64,000 bases of DNA from Candidatus Woesearchaeota archaeon (GCA_018655525.1 JABIJM010000008.1:20836-84835), one strand, 5' to 3'; positions 1 to 9,721 are shown, counted from the first letter of the stretch. Numbers and translations are program-made. The notes: generated by a model from the sequence alone, not told the origin.

Positions 1-98
1 AAATCCTTTGACATTTTTAAAAACAATATCTTCCTCTTAAAATAGGTAGATTTAAATATCTTAAAAGTTTATTCTTTACATAACAAAGAGAGGTTGTA

Positions 99-1016
99 AT
101 GATGAAACGAAATCATATTTTAATTTTCCTAGTATGTGTAAGTGTTCTTTTAGTAGCATGTAGTGGAGGGAACAAAGCAGTAATAGAAAGTCCATTCATA
201 GGTGGTACAGACGGTGCAGTCGCAGTATTTGAACCAATGAGTATTGAAGAGAATGGCGTAGATACAATTTTTGATTCTGATGATTTTATTATTGAAGTTG
301 TATTGAAAAATAAAGGAGAAGAAGTGATCCCTAAAGGAAAAGCAAGTTTCAGATTATTAGGACCTCCTCAATCCGCATTCAAAAATATTCCTAGCTGGAT
401 ATTAACAAATACAGAAGATATTGATAAAGTAACAGAATTTAATTTAGAAGGTGGTGAAGAAGTAATTGCATTCACACCAAATGACGCAGCTACATATAGT
501 CCTTCTGTTACAGGGTTTCATGACATTACATTCAATCTAGAATATTCCTATGATTATAAAACACATGTCATCGTAAGTGACGTTTGTTTCAAAGGAGATA
601 TTACAGATCCAAAAGTATGTGAAGTTAAAGAAAGTAAGAATGCTGCAGTTTCTGGAGCTCCTATCACTGTAACAAGTGTTGCACAAGATACTGGAGGAAA
701 AGGAATCATCTTATTAAAGTTAGACATTTCAAATGCAGGCGATGGAGATTCAACCATTGTTGGAGAAGATTTTGATAAAGCAGGACGGTTTGATCAAATT
801 TCATATGAAATTGATGAACCTGAAAAATGGAAATGTTCCTCTGGTGGAAGAGAAGGCGAAGCACGGTTAATTGATGGTAGAGCACAAGTTATCTGTAAGC
901 TTAAAACACCTTTAACTGAAGGCGAACTTTATACCAAACCCGTAAGATTAACGCTTGATTATACGTATAAAGAATTATTGTTAAAACAATTACGTATTAA
1001 AGAATCAGCTAAATAG
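99..1016 (+). CDS. Putative secreted lipoprotein, beta-rich (Ig-like) hypothetical protein
   Basis: Basic N-terminus, hydrophobic stretch and lipobox LLVAC; GAGGT SD upstream; beta-strand-rich body with Cys pairs. Confidence 0.6.
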   Translation: MMKRNHILIFLVCVSVLLVACSGGNKAVIESPFIGGTDGAVAVFEPMSIEENGVDTIFDSDDFIIEVVLKNKGEEVIPKGKASFRLLGPPQSAFKNIPSWILTNTEDIDKVTEFNLEGGEEVIAFTPNDAATYSPSVTGFHDITFNLEYSYDYKTHVIVSDVCFKGDITDPKVCEVKESKNAAVSGAPITVTSVAQDTGGKGIILLKLDISNAGDGDSTIVGEDFDKAGRFDQISYEIDEPEKWKCSSGGREGEARLIDGRAQVICKLKTPLTEGELYTKPVRLTLDYTYKELLLKQLRIKESAK

Positions 1017-1045
1017 ATTTTTTGTTTTTTAATTTATTTCTTTTT
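1017..1045 (+). terminator. Oligo-T terminator region
   Basis: ATTTTTTGTTTTTTAATTTATTTCTTTTT directly after the stop codon, between convergent genes. Confidence 0.45.
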
Positions 1046-2008
1046 TTACTTAGAACCAACTAATACAACATAAGCCAAGAAACTTTCTAATTGAATGTAT
1101 TCATCGCTTCCTTCAACCATACGGAACTCTACTTCTCCACATTTGTCAATCAATTGAACTTTCTTTTGATCATCCAGTTCTATTTGCCAAATTTCTTTTT
1201 GGATTTGACGAATAATATCCATTCCAGATAATCCATAGTTTAACATTAAGTCTAATAATTTTTTTCTAGATGTAAGAAAGTCTCCTTTTGCTGCATATGT
1301 TAAAACTTCATTAACTTCTTTTGGTTTTGCAACAGAAGCCATTGAATAGACTAATTCTGGTGTAATGGTAGTACTAATAACTGCACAGGATTGCATAATG
1401 TTTTCTAATCTTCTACAATCACCGTTTGTGATGTCATAAAGAGCTTGCTTTGAATCTTCAGAGATTTGAAGACCTTCTTGTCCAGCAATTTTTGTAATGA
1501 CTGTAAAGACGTCTTCTTTAGGTAATGGTTTGAATCTAAATACAGCACATCTACTTTGAATCGGATCAATGATTTTAGAAGAATAGTTACACGATAATAC
1601 AAATCTACATGTTTTCGTGTAGTTCTCCATGGTACGTCTAAGAGCTTGTTGTGCATCTCTTGTTAGAGCATCACTTTCATCAAGATAAATTAATTTGAAT
1701 GGAACATTTCCAATTGAACGTGTACGTGCAAAATCTTTTACTTTGACACGAATGACATCAATCCCTCGTTCATCGGATGCATTTAATTCTAATGTATTTT
1801 GTCGCCAGTTTTCACCAAATAATTGTTTTGCAATTACTAAAGATAATGTGGTTTTTCCAATACCTGCAGGTCCTGAGAATAATAAATGGGGCATGTTCCC
1901 GGATGCAACAAATGCTTGAATCTTTGAGACTATTTCTTGCTGTCCTTTTACTTCATCAAATGTTTGGGGTCTGTACTTTTCAGTCCATATTGAAGATTCC
2001 TGAATCAT
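1046..2008 (-). CDS. rfcS: Replication factor C small subunit
   Basis: WTEKYRP, Walker A GPAGIGKTT, ELNASDERGID, LDESD, SRC motif; no intein. Confidence 0.97.
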   Translation of the reverse strand: MIQESSIWTEKYRPQTFDEVKGQQEIVSKIQAFVASGNMPHLLFSGPAGIGKTTLSLVIAKQLFGENWRQNTLELNASDERGIDVIRVKVKDFARTRSIGNVPFKLIYLDESDALTRDAQQALRRTMENYTKTCRFVLSCNYSSKIIDPIQSRCAVFRFKPLPKEDVFTVITKIAGQEGLQISEDSKQALYDITNGDCRRLENIMQSCAVISTTITPELVYSMASVAKPKEVNEVLTYAAKGDFLTSRKKLLDLMLNYGLSGMDIIRQIQKEIWQIELDDQKKVQLIDKCGEVEFRMVEGSDEYIQLESFLAYVVLVGSK

Positions 2009-2048
2009 AGAATTTTATTGTTAGAACGAGTTTATAAGTTTTACCAAG

Positions 2049-2243
2049 CTAAAACACCCACAACACAAGATTGATTGCAAATTGAAGAACTTGGTCTAAA
2101 GAAACTCCAAAGAAGAATACTACGACAAATGCTGCAAGTAATGCATAAAAAAGAACTTGAACAATAACATGAAGAACTTTGCCCAATAAGGCAATAACAA
2201 TTGCTGCAAGAATAAGTCCAAAAACAGTTATAGGGTCAATCAT
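2049..2243 (-). CDS. Small membrane protein (2 TM)
   Basis: 64 aa, almost fully hydrophobic, fills the gap between co-oriented genes. Confidence 0.7.
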   Translation of the reverse strand: MIDPITVFGLILAAIVIALLGKVLHVIVQVLFYALLAAFVVVFFFGVSLDQVLQFAINLVLWVF

Positions 2244-2292
2244 AAAAAGTAATAATTAAAAGAAGTTTTTAAGGATTTCTAGAAAGCAGTGT

Positions 2293-3354
2293 TTACTTCT
2301 TCATGTAAACAGTATGTGTTGGGTAAGGAATCCCAATTTTTGCTTTGTTTAATGCATTGTAAATTTTCTCAGTTGCTTCTAATTTCTTACCAAAAGCTTC
2401 ACCCCATTGGTCAACCCAAAATAATGCCTTAAATTGCAGTGCAAAGTCTCCCATTGATAAAAATATAACATCTGGAGCAGGTTCATCTAATAGGCCTTCC
2501 ATTTCGCTTAATGCTTTAAGAACAATTTTCTTTACTTTTTGTATATCTGTTCCATAATCTACACCAAATTCTACGTTTGTTCTTACTTTAGGACTTGGAC
2601 GTGTATAATTCTGAACTCTTGAATTCGCAAGATAGCCATTTGGAACATAAATGATTTCGTTATCAAAGGTAATCATTTTTGTACTTCGTAATCCAATATC
2701 ATGGATTGTACCAACATCACCTGATTCTAATTTAATTTTATCACCAACAATGTATGTTTTGTCAAGAACTAATGTGATTCCTCCAAAAATGTTTTTTAAG
2801 GCATCTTGTAATGCTAACCCTAATACAATTCCTGAAATTCCAACTCCTGCAAGATAAGGACCTATGTTAATTTCCCAAATTGCAAGAACCCACATGATTG
2901 CAATGATGACAAAAATTACACGTGCTGATTTCTGAAAGAGTGGAAGTAAAACATCATCAATGTTGGATTTTGTTTTTTGAGCAAAGGAAGTACCCCATGT
3001 CTCAAGGAATACGTCTAGCGCACGTAAAATGATGAATATGAATACGATAGCTAATAATGAATTGATTATTTGTTGAACAAACCCATTAATTCCCAAAGAG
3101 ATGGTTGCAAGTCTTAATCCATACACTAAGATTAGGTAAAATAAAGGTTTTCGTGTTCTTTCAAAAATAAGATCATCTAATTTTGTTTTTGTTTTCTTTG
3201 CAAATTTTTTGAGATATTGACCAAACAACAAAAGTAATATCTGTGCAAGAACAATTGAAAGGACAATAAGGATACCTGCTTCAAGATAAGAATTATTAAT
3301 TGTACTCCAAAGAGGTATTTTATTCAACCATGTTAACAAAATGTCTTCCATCAT
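2293..3354 (-). CDS. mscS: Small-conductance mechanosensitive channel (MscS family)
   Basis: GLALQDALKNIFGG, GD.I, IGLRST, VPN motifs; C-terminal GIPYP. Confidence 0.93.
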   Translation of the reverse strand: MMEDILLTWLNKIPLWSTINNSYLEAGILIVLSIVLAQILLLLFGQYLKKFAKKTKTKLDDLIFERTRKPLFYLILVYGLRLATISLGINGFVQQIINSLLAIVFIFIILRALDVFLETWGTSFAQKTKSNIDDVLLPLFQKSARVIFVIIAIMWVLAIWEINIGPYLAGVGISGIVLGLALQDALKNIFGGITLVLDKTYIVGDKIKLESGDVGTIHDIGLRSTKMITFDNEIIYVPNGYLANSRVQNYTRPSPKVRTNVEFGVDYGTDIQKVKKIVLKALSEMEGLLDEPAPDVIFLSMGDFALQFKALFWVDQWGEAFGKKLEATEKIYNALNKAKIGIPYPTHTVYMKK

Positions 3355-3359
3355 GTACT

Positions 3360-4682
3360 TTATTTACGCTTTCTTTTTTTAACTTTCGGTTTATGATTCT
3401 TTTTTTCCGCTACTTGTGCTAATTTTCCTGAAGGTTCTTCTTCCTTAACTTCTTCTTTAAAGTACCCTTGTGCTTTAAGGATAAAGATTCTAATTGAACT
3501 TAAGAGGATTGTTCCTGTAATTGTGACGAACGCAACCTTTACAATAAAATCTGCGTGAGGAATCCCTGCTGAAACTGCGAGTTGGGCAATTACTGCTGCA
3601 GCTAATCCACGTGCAAACATGGAATCAACTAGAGAACGGTTTGGAGAATCCATCTCTTTTGTTAATACACGTGATCCTAAACGTGATCCCATTAATGCAA
3701 CTGATAAAATTCCTCCAATAATTAATGCTTTTGTATCTGAAAAATCTATTAATAGTCCAATGTACACAAAGAAAAATGTTTTTAATAAAAAGGAAATTTG
3801 ATGATAAAATTCTTGTTCTGAAGGGGTTGTTACGGAAACGCCAAGTTCCCCAGATAATGCTTTCTTTCCAACATTTTGTTTTTCTGAAGCAATTCCTCTG
3901 AAAATAGAAGAAAGTTGTTTGGAGTTGTTTAACATTAAACCAAAGAATAATGTTGCGATTGCCCCATTTCCTTGAAGGAATTCTGTGATCACATATACTA
4001 GAATTAAAAATGCAACAACCATGATGTAACTATGTTTCTTGAAAACTTTTAAGATTAAAATAATCCAAATAACGCCCGCAATCACACCAACTAATCCTGC
4101 AATTGCAAATAATGAAACTAATTGTGTTGCAAGAGATTTGACTGCAAAATTTCCAATATTAATAATTTCAATCACTGTTAAAGAAAAGACAATACAAAAT
4201 ACGTCAGTTAATGCCGATTCTAGAGTTAGTAAAGAATATAATTTTGTACCCACATTCATCTCTTTTAAGATAGGAATCACAAATGAAGAAGAAACTCCTC
4301 CAAGTAAAAATCCCGTGAAAAGTGAAACTAAAAATGGGAATCCTGAAACCATCATAATGATCATTACAATAATTGTAGAGATGAGAAAGTTGAAACCTGT
4401 CAAGATTAAACTATGAGAGAATTCTTTAACTAAGGAAGAAAGATTGATGTTAAATGCACCATCAAATAATAAAAAGAGTAATGTGAATGTTGTAAAGATT
4501 GGAATTAACGCTGAGATTTGGGATAAATCTACCCATCCTAATGCATGTGGTCCTAAGACGAAACCCAAGATAATCAGGAATAAAACATCTGGAATACTGA
4601 ATTTTTTGAAAATAAATTCTGCAAAGAATCCAAAGAATAGAATAAGACTAATCCCTAAAAGCACTAAAATAACCTCTACCAT
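3360..4682 (-). CDS. CPA1 cation:proton antiporter (NhaP-like)
   Basis: About 12-13 TM segments; LLFDG, LESALTD, TFFFVYIG, ARGLAAAV motifs. Confidence 0.88.
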   Translation of the reverse strand: MVEVILVLLGISLILFFGFFAEFIFKKFSIPDVLFLIILGFVLGPHALGWVDLSQISALIPIFTTFTLLFLLFDGAFNINLSSLVKEFSHSLILTGFNFLISTIIVMIIMMVSGFPFLVSLFTGFLLGGVSSSFVIPILKEMNVGTKLYSLLTLESALTDVFCIVFSLTVIEIINIGNFAVKSLATQLVSLFAIAGLVGVIAGVIWIILILKVFKKHSYIMVVAFLILVYVITEFLQGNGAIATLFFGLMLNNSKQLSSIFRGIASEKQNVGKKALSGELGVSVTTPSEQEFYHQISFLLKTFFFVYIGLLIDFSDTKALIIGGILSVALMGSRLGSRVLTKEMDSPNRSLVDSMFARGLAAAVIAQLAVSAGIPHADFIVKVAFVTITGTILLSSIRIFILKAQGYFKEEVKEEEPSGKLAQVAEKKNHKPKVKKRKRK

Positions 4683-4762
4683 TACTTAGAATAAATGTAT
4701 TTTTGTTTATATAAGTTTTGGTTGTTGTTAAAATAAATTAATAAGAAAAAATTATTTAAATT

Positions 4763-4984
4763 TTAAAAGGTATTGTTGCCATAACCGCCACCATAACGAT
4801 TAGCATGTTCAATACACCACCTGGCATAATCCTCCTCAAGAGCTGGAGGGGGTCGATAAGGTCGGTGTTCAGGTAATGGATCTGAGAGTTGTTGTCGATA
4901 ACGAGCTCCAGGACGCTCAACTAGTGTTAAAGTATCAATTCCACTTTCTGAAGCCCATTTCCTAGAGTTATTTTCGTCTGCCAT
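4763..4984 (-). CDS. Hypothetical protein (73 aa)
   Basis: ATG start 5 nt after the stop of the upstream small ORF; followed by a T-rich tract on the coding strand. Confidence 0.5.
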   Translation of the reverse strand: MADENNSRKWASESGIDTLTLVERPGARYRQQLSDPLPEHRPYRPPPALEEDYARWCIEHANRYGGGYGNNTF

Positions 4985-4989
4985 CTTAA

Positions 4990-5085
4990 TTAAGCCGCAA
5001 TTACGAGATCTTTATTCAATTCTTCTTCGTTTCCTTGCATGAATTGATAATTTAAAAGATCTTGCATGTATTTGCGGTGATTCAT
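4990..5085 (-). CDS. Small ORF, 31 aa (MNHRKYMQDLLNYQFMQGNEEELNKDLVIAA), not in the ORF track
   Basis: Read from the sequence; fills the gap with 4 nt to the PRC-barrel stop and 5 nt to the next ATG. Confidence 0.45.
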   Translation of the reverse strand: MNHRKYMQDLLNYQFMQGNEEELNKDLVIAA

Positions 5086-5089
5086 TGGA

Positions 5090-5362
5090 TTACTCTTCTC
5101 CGTCCTCACTATGTCCTGCTGGAACAGCATTACGTGAAATGATTAAGACGTCTCCAACTGCTTTAACTAATTGATGAGGAACGATTACACCTTTCGCACT
5201 TCCTAAAACTTTACTTAAGAAAGAATTCTTTGTCGCTTTAATCTTCCATCCAGAAATTTTGTTACTTGCAACGATACTATCTTCGATATCTCCGAAATAA
5301 TCTCCTGCATCTGTAAAAACCTTTAAATCGTAAGCATCTGATACTTTTTTCATTTTTAGCAT
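5090..5362 (-). CDS. PRC-barrel protein (CdpB-like cell division protein)
   Basis: VFTDAGDYFGDIED...VIVPHQLVKAVGDVLII, typical of the archaeal PRC-barrel; GAGGTG SD. Confidence 0.8.
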   Translation of the reverse strand: MLKMKKVSDAYDLKVFTDAGDYFGDIEDSIVASNKISGWKIKATKNSFLSKVLGSAKGVIVPHQLVKAVGDVLIISRNAVPAGHSEDGEE

Positions 5363-5434
5363 TTAAGTCCACCTCACTCGTATTTAAGCTTAAATGGGCG
5401 TAAGTTTAAATAGTTTTCTGTTCCATAGAGGGAT

Positions 5435-6121
5435 ATGAATCTCACAATCCTTGGAACATCTCATATTGCAAAACAAAGTGTTAATGAGATTAAGAATTTC
5501 ATTGAAACTCATAAACCGGATGTTGTCGCAGTAGAATTAGACCTTCAGCGAGCAGCTGCATTAATGCAAGAACAAAAGAATAAAGTTTCAATTGCAGATA
5601 TTCTTCAGATAGGATTGAAGGGATATATTTTTGTGAAGATAGGACAAATTGTGCAAGAAAAACTTGGAAAAATGGTAGGTGTTGCACCGGGTTCTGATAT
5701 GAAAACTGCAATGAATCTTGCACGAAAAGAAAAATTAGATCTTGCATTTATTGATCAACCAATTAGAATTACATTAAAGAATTTTTCAAAGAAATTAACA
5801 TGGAGAGAACGATTTAGATTCCTTGGAGAGATGATTAAAGGATTATTGTTTCCAAAAAAACAGATGAGGGATATGGGGTTAAACAATTTTGATTTATCTA
5901 AAGTTCCAGCAGAAGAAGTGATTGAGAAACTTGTCGGACAAATGAAAAAAAAGTATCCTTCTGTGTATAAAACATTAATTTCTGATCGGAATAAGTACAT
6001 GGTTCGTGCATTGGTAAAATTGATGAGGAAACATCCTGATAAGAAAATTCTTGCTGTTGTAGGAGCTGGTCATAAGAAAGGTATGGAAGCCTTGTTGTTG
6101 AAAGTGGATGTTGTAAATTAA
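5435..6121 (+). CDS. TraB/PrgY/GumN family protein
   Basis: ILGTSH, PDVVAVELD..R, PGSDM, IDQPI, DRN.YM, AVVGAGH motifs. Confidence 0.88.
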   Translation: MNLTILGTSHIAKQSVNEIKNFIETHKPDVVAVELDLQRAAALMQEQKNKVSIADILQIGLKGYIFVKIGQIVQEKLGKMVGVAPGSDMKTAMNLARKEKLDLAFIDQPIRITLKNFSKKLTWRERFRFLGEMIKGLLFPKKQMRDMGLNNFDLSKVPAEEVIEKLVGQMKKKYPSVYKTLISDRNKYMVRALVKLMRKHPDKKILAVVGAGHKKGMEALLLKVDVVN

Positions 6122-6156
6122 GAATGTTTATGTAGATCATCTTTTTTAGTAAATTC

Positions 6157-6450
6157 ATGGAAAACGAAATTAAATGGAATGAAGATTTAGGCGCGTTAGT
6201 TAATGGCGCTGGTGAAAAGTTTGAAGGTACAAGAATTTCTGGCATTGTAGGGTTTAAAAGTAGTAATAGTTCAAGAGGTTCTGAGAAAGGCGCAGACGCC
6301 TCTGTAATGACAAATATGTTATACGGTGGACGAGAACGTGACGCAGTAGCATATGAAATTGTTTCTCATACTTCAAGAGATACTGCTTCTGGACAAGAAT
6401 TCTGTCAACCAGAATGGGAAGCACATATGAGTGCTATTTTCTATAGGTGA
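6157..6450 (+). CDS. Hypothetical protein (97 aa)
   Basis: ATG-initiated ORF filling the gap; no clear family. Confidence 0.6.
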   Translation: MENEIKWNEDLGALVNGAGEKFEGTRISGIVGFKSSNSSRGSEKGADASVMTNMLYGGRERDAVAYEIVSHTSRDTASGQEFCQPEWEAHMSAIFYR

Positions 6451-6545
6451 ACTCTCAAAAGATGAGGTTTTTTGAAGGCCATAAATTTCTTAATTTCTTC
6501 ACATAAAGTTTCAAAACTGGCGCTTTGAACTTTCTTCGCAGAAAG

Positions 6546-6555
6546 TTTATAAATA
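6546..6555 (+). promoter_or_regulatory. TATA box of the RNase P RNA gene
   Basis: TTTATAAATA preceded by purine-rich BRE (AGAAAG), about 22 nt upstream of the P1 5' strand. Confidence 0.65.
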
Positions 6556-6576
6556 CACTCCTCTTTAGGCACTAAA

Positions 6577-6904
6577 GGTAGTGGTAGCAGAAAGCGTAGG
6601 GTTTTGAACCCAGGAAAGTCCGCCCATTGAGTATCATGGTTACCTTTGAAAGAAGGGTGGGGAAATCCCACAGCTCTGGATTAGAAACGACACGTCCTAT
6701 AAAATTGGAATGATTGGAAGTCCTAATGGCGAAATTATTTGAGAAAATAATGAGTTAACTCCTTGACGTCTTTATAGGGAACGATGAAACGGCGAATCTT
6801 AACCAATGCAAGTCAGTTTGACGCTTAGTAGAATGCTTTCATGGATCATCGCAATCTTTTAAGGTTGTTTGGGTCCAACAAAAGGTGGCTTATGCTGCCC
6901 TACC
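6577..6904 (+). ncRNA. rnpB: RNase P RNA
   Basis: CR-I AGGAAAGTCCGCC pairs with CR-V AACAAAAGGTGGCTTAT (P4); P1 GGTAG-TGGTAGCA/TGCTGCC-CTACC; P2 AAGCGT/ACGCTT; P5 CATTG/CAATG; GNRA-capped P8 and P9; CR-III TGAAAC. Confidence 0.92.
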
Positions 6905-6923
6905 AACTTTATAATAAATAAAA

Positions 6924-7280
6924 ATGAATATATTATACCTTGATGTAGATCCCTTAAATGGGTTTGTTGGAGAACAGATGTTAGACCTAGAAGGACATAC
7001 TGCCACCATATTACAATCAAAAAAGGAACTAACGCCCGGCATAGAAAATGATTATGACGCATTAATTCTAGATGCAGAAGCATTTGGGGTTCCAGGAGAT
7101 AGATCTAAAACTACAATCAGTGAATATTTAAGTTCAATTACAAACTATCAAGGCCAAATTCATGTGGTAACAACACAGACGCAAATGTCTTTAAGAAGAG
7201 ATTTGGGTATTTTAGTAAATCGTGTGAGTGCCCATCATAAACCCTTTAAGTGGTCTAATATCACCGATAATTTGGAATAA
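6924..7280 (+). CDS. Stand-alone CheY-like receiver domain protein
   Basis: ILYLDVD, YDALILD (phosphoacceptor position), VVTT and KPF at receiver-domain spacing. Confidence 0.65.
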   Translation: MNILYLDVDPLNGFVGEQMLDLEGHTATILQSKKELTPGIENDYDALILDAEAFGVPGDRSKTTISEYLSSITNYQGQIHVVTTQTQMSLRRDLGILVNRVSAHHKPFKWSNITDNLE

Positions 7281-7321
7281 AGACAAAAATCTTATAAACT
7301 ACATCATAAAATAAGAATTCT

Positions 7322-7495
7322 ATGGCAAGAGACAATAAAATTAATATGCCTTCTGGACAAGGAGGATTAACACGATACTTTGATGAATATAGTTCAAAGA
7401 TTGAAATTTCTCCTACAGCAGTTATTGTATTAGCGGGTGTGATTATGTTTATGCTTATTATTCTACATCAAGTAGGTGGAGGCTTTTTCGGATGA
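7322..7495 (+). CDS. secG: Preprotein translocase Sec61beta subunit (57 aa), not in the ORF track
   Basis: MARDNKINMPSGQGGLTRYFDEYSSKIEISPTAVIVLAGVIMFMLIILHQVGGGFFG: GL.RYF and I.P motifs plus one C-terminal TM; ATGA overlap with nac. Confidence 0.9.
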   Translation: MARDNKINMPSGQGGLTRYFDEYSSKIEISPTAVIVLAGVIMFMLIILHQVGGGFFG

Positions 7496-7833
7496 TGCCT
7501 GGTATGAACCCTCGGAAGATGCAAGCAATGATGAAGCAGATGGGGATCCAACAAGTTGAGATTCCTGCAACTGAAGTTATTATTAGAACAGCCGATAAAG
7601 AAATCATTATTACAAATCCTTCTGTCCAAAAAGTAAATATGATGGGCAACCAAAATTTCCAAGTTTCTGGAAACATTACTGAACGATTATTAGATTCTAC
7701 ACCTGACATTTCTGAAGAAGATGTAAAAACTGTAATGGAACAATCAAACGTTTCTGAAGATGAAGCACGGAAAGCGATTGAAGATGCTAAAGGAGATTTA
7801 GCAGAAGCAATCATGGGCTTAATGAAAGAGTAA
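7492..7833 (+). CDS. nac: Nascent polypeptide-associated complex protein
   Basis: MNPRKMQAMMKQMGI, NAC domain, C-terminal UBA-like GDLAEAIM. Confidence 0.95.
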   Translation: MMPGMNPRKMQAMMKQMGIQQVEIPATEVIIRTADKEIIITNPSVQKVNMMGNQNFQVSGNITERLLDSTPDISEEDVKTVMEQSNVSEDEARKAIEDAKGDLAEAIMGLMKE

Positions 7834-7871
7834 CCACAACAATTTTAAACTTCATTACATTTCTACCTCTT

Positions 7872-8330
7872 ATGCACGATGCAAAAAAAAGAGCGCAACA
7901 ACATTTTGATGCTGCTCATCATTTTCTTCATAATACATATCCTTTATTGAAAGATCCAAAGTTGCTACTAGGAATCTTTTCTAACATTTCAAAATCGTTA
8001 GAAGCGTCTATGGAAGCCATCCTATTACATGGAAGGGCTAATCATTACATTCCAGCATTTGGTGATAATTTCACACATAAATGGCACGCATTCAGCAAAT
8101 ATGCTGTCCCAAAACATCACATTGCAGGAGAATTCACAACAATGGTTATGGATTTAAACAGAATAAGAGATTTACATGATAAAAGTCCAGTAGAATTTCC
8201 ACGTGGAGAGAAATTGGTAATATGTAATGAAGAGTATGACATTACAACTTTAAGTGCTAAAGAGGCACATTTGTCTTTAAATAAAGCACGAGAATTACTT
8301 GAAAAAACTGAAGAGATTCTGAAATCATAG
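7872..8330 (+). CDS. Hypothetical helical protein (HEPN-like)
   Basis: ORF with upstream TATA-like TTTTAAA; helical pattern; resembles the next ORF. Confidence 0.65.
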   Translation: MHDAKKRAQQHFDAAHHFLHNTYPLLKDPKLLLGIFSNISKSLEASMEAILLHGRANHYIPAFGDNFTHKWHAFSKYAVPKHHIAGEFTTMVMDLNRIRDLHDKSPVEFPRGEKLVICNEEYDITTLSAKEAHLSLNKARELLEKTEEILKS

Positions 8331-8388
8331 AAAGTAATAAATAGAAGTATCAGTTCTCCCTACTTCTTGGTTACAAAGAGATACACAC

Positions 8389-8868
8389 ATGGATGAAATG
8401 AATGAAATTTTACTTGAAGCACGTGACGAATTGAAGAGGTTAGAGCACATCATCTATGTTTCTTTGAAATACACAAGAACTGTAGATGTTATTACAAATG
8501 CACTTAATCGTATGGTAAGTACCTATGATTTGGTCGTTGATGCATTTTTAGAAAGAGCTCAAGAAGAAGGTCAGATTGAATCTTTACCTAAAAGTCCTGC
8601 ATTACGTGCAAGAAGATTAGCTGAAATTCGGGAAAATGACCAAGAATTATTGAAATATCTTAAATTTTATACATTTCTCAAAAATATTTTAACGTTACCA
8701 TATAGTAGAAGACAAGAATATAGAAGACATGTTACACGAATTGTACCTTTAGAGAATTCTACTGCTGAACTTTGTATTGATAATCTTACAAATGCAGAAA
8801 AATATCTTCATAAGTTTGTAACATATGCCTGGCATACACTTGTTGGAAAGCCAGAAGAAGACGATTAG
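8389..8868 (+). CDS. Hypothetical helical protein (HEPN-like), probable paralogue of the upstream gene
   Basis: Similar length; shared A..L..A.H and E[FY].R patterns. Confidence 0.65.
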   Translation: MDEMNEILLEARDELKRLEHIIYVSLKYTRTVDVITNALNRMVSTYDLVVDAFLERAQEEGQIESLPKSPALRARRLAEIRENDQELLKYLKFYTFLKNILTLPYSRRQEYRRHVTRIVPLENSTAELCIDNLTNAEKYLHKFVTYAWHTLVGKPEEDD

Positions 8869-8936
8869 GTCCTTTCTTAAATACACCTTGAAAAACGATA
8901 AATATTAAATACTGGTTCTTTCTCTTTCAAGTTAAC

Positions 8937-9653
8937 ATGACAAAATTTATTGCAGTGGCATCCGGAAAAGGTGGGGTTGGGAAAACTACAAGTACGTTAA
9001 ATATTGGTCAAGCATTAATCAATATTGGAAAAAGAGTTGTACTTGTTGATGCAAACCTTGTAACACCAAATTTAGCATTGCAACTAGGTTTAGTAAATCC
9101 TGAGGGTACAATCAATAAGTTCTTACGAAAAGAAAAGAGTTTGAAAGATGTCACCTATTTACATGAAACAGGATTATCTGTCATTCCTGCATCTCCCTCT
9201 TATCATGAATTTCAAAAAACAAATTCTCAGAATTTAACAGAAGTGTTCGAACATTTAGATGACACAACTGATTTTGTGTTATTAGATTCTCCAAGCGGAT
9301 TAGGATATGAAGTCAGTCATGTAATCAAACATAGTGATGAAGTCTTGGTGATTGTTAACCCCCATCTTAGTTCAGTCATGGATGCATTAAAAACAATGCA
9401 GTTAGCAAAGGCTAATGACACAATGGTTGCAGGTATTGTAATGAACATGAGCCATAAAGGAAAGCACGAAATGTCTCCTTTAGAAGTTGAGCAAATCTTA
9501 GGATTACCGATTATCGCAAATATAAGACATTCTAAAAAAATGCGTAAGGCATTACATAAGCAGATGCCTGCAACGTATTTATATCCACGTTCAAAAGTAG
9601 GAAAAGAGTTTAGAAAGATTGCTGAACATTTGACTTTACATAAGAATGTTTAG
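8937..9653 (+). CDS. minD: MinD/ParA family ATPase
   Basis: Deviant Walker A SGKGGVGKTT, LVDAN, DFVLLDSPSG, SSVMDA. Confidence 0.85.
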   Translation: MTKFIAVASGKGGVGKTTSTLNIGQALINIGKRVVLVDANLVTPNLALQLGLVNPEGTINKFLRKEKSLKDVTYLHETGLSVIPASPSYHEFQKTNSQNLTEVFEHLDDTTDFVLLDSPSGLGYEVSHVIKHSDEVLVIVNPHLSSVMDALKTMQLAKANDTMVAGIVMNMSHKGKHEMSPLEVEQILGLPIIANIRHSKKMRKALHKQMPATYLYPRSKVGKEFRKIAEHLTLHKNV

Positions 9654-9721
9654 GTACATTTCAAACAAATTCTAAATGGGAAAAGTTTTAATAGTTTTCA
9701 ATAATAGTATGAACTATCAAC

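Noticed and set aside
4990-5085. tmRNA-like tag reading frame (ends in IAA)
   Set aside because: No tRNA-like acceptor or T-arm nearby; it has its own ATG; tmRNA is not known in archaea
5435-6121. Conjugation system suggested by the name TraB
   Set aside because: The TraB/PrgY/GumN family is a common chromosomal family in archaea; no T4SS or relaxase genes are present
6441-6671. 76-aa ORF on the - strand
   Set aside because: Overlaps the RNase P RNA gene and its promoter; non-ATG start
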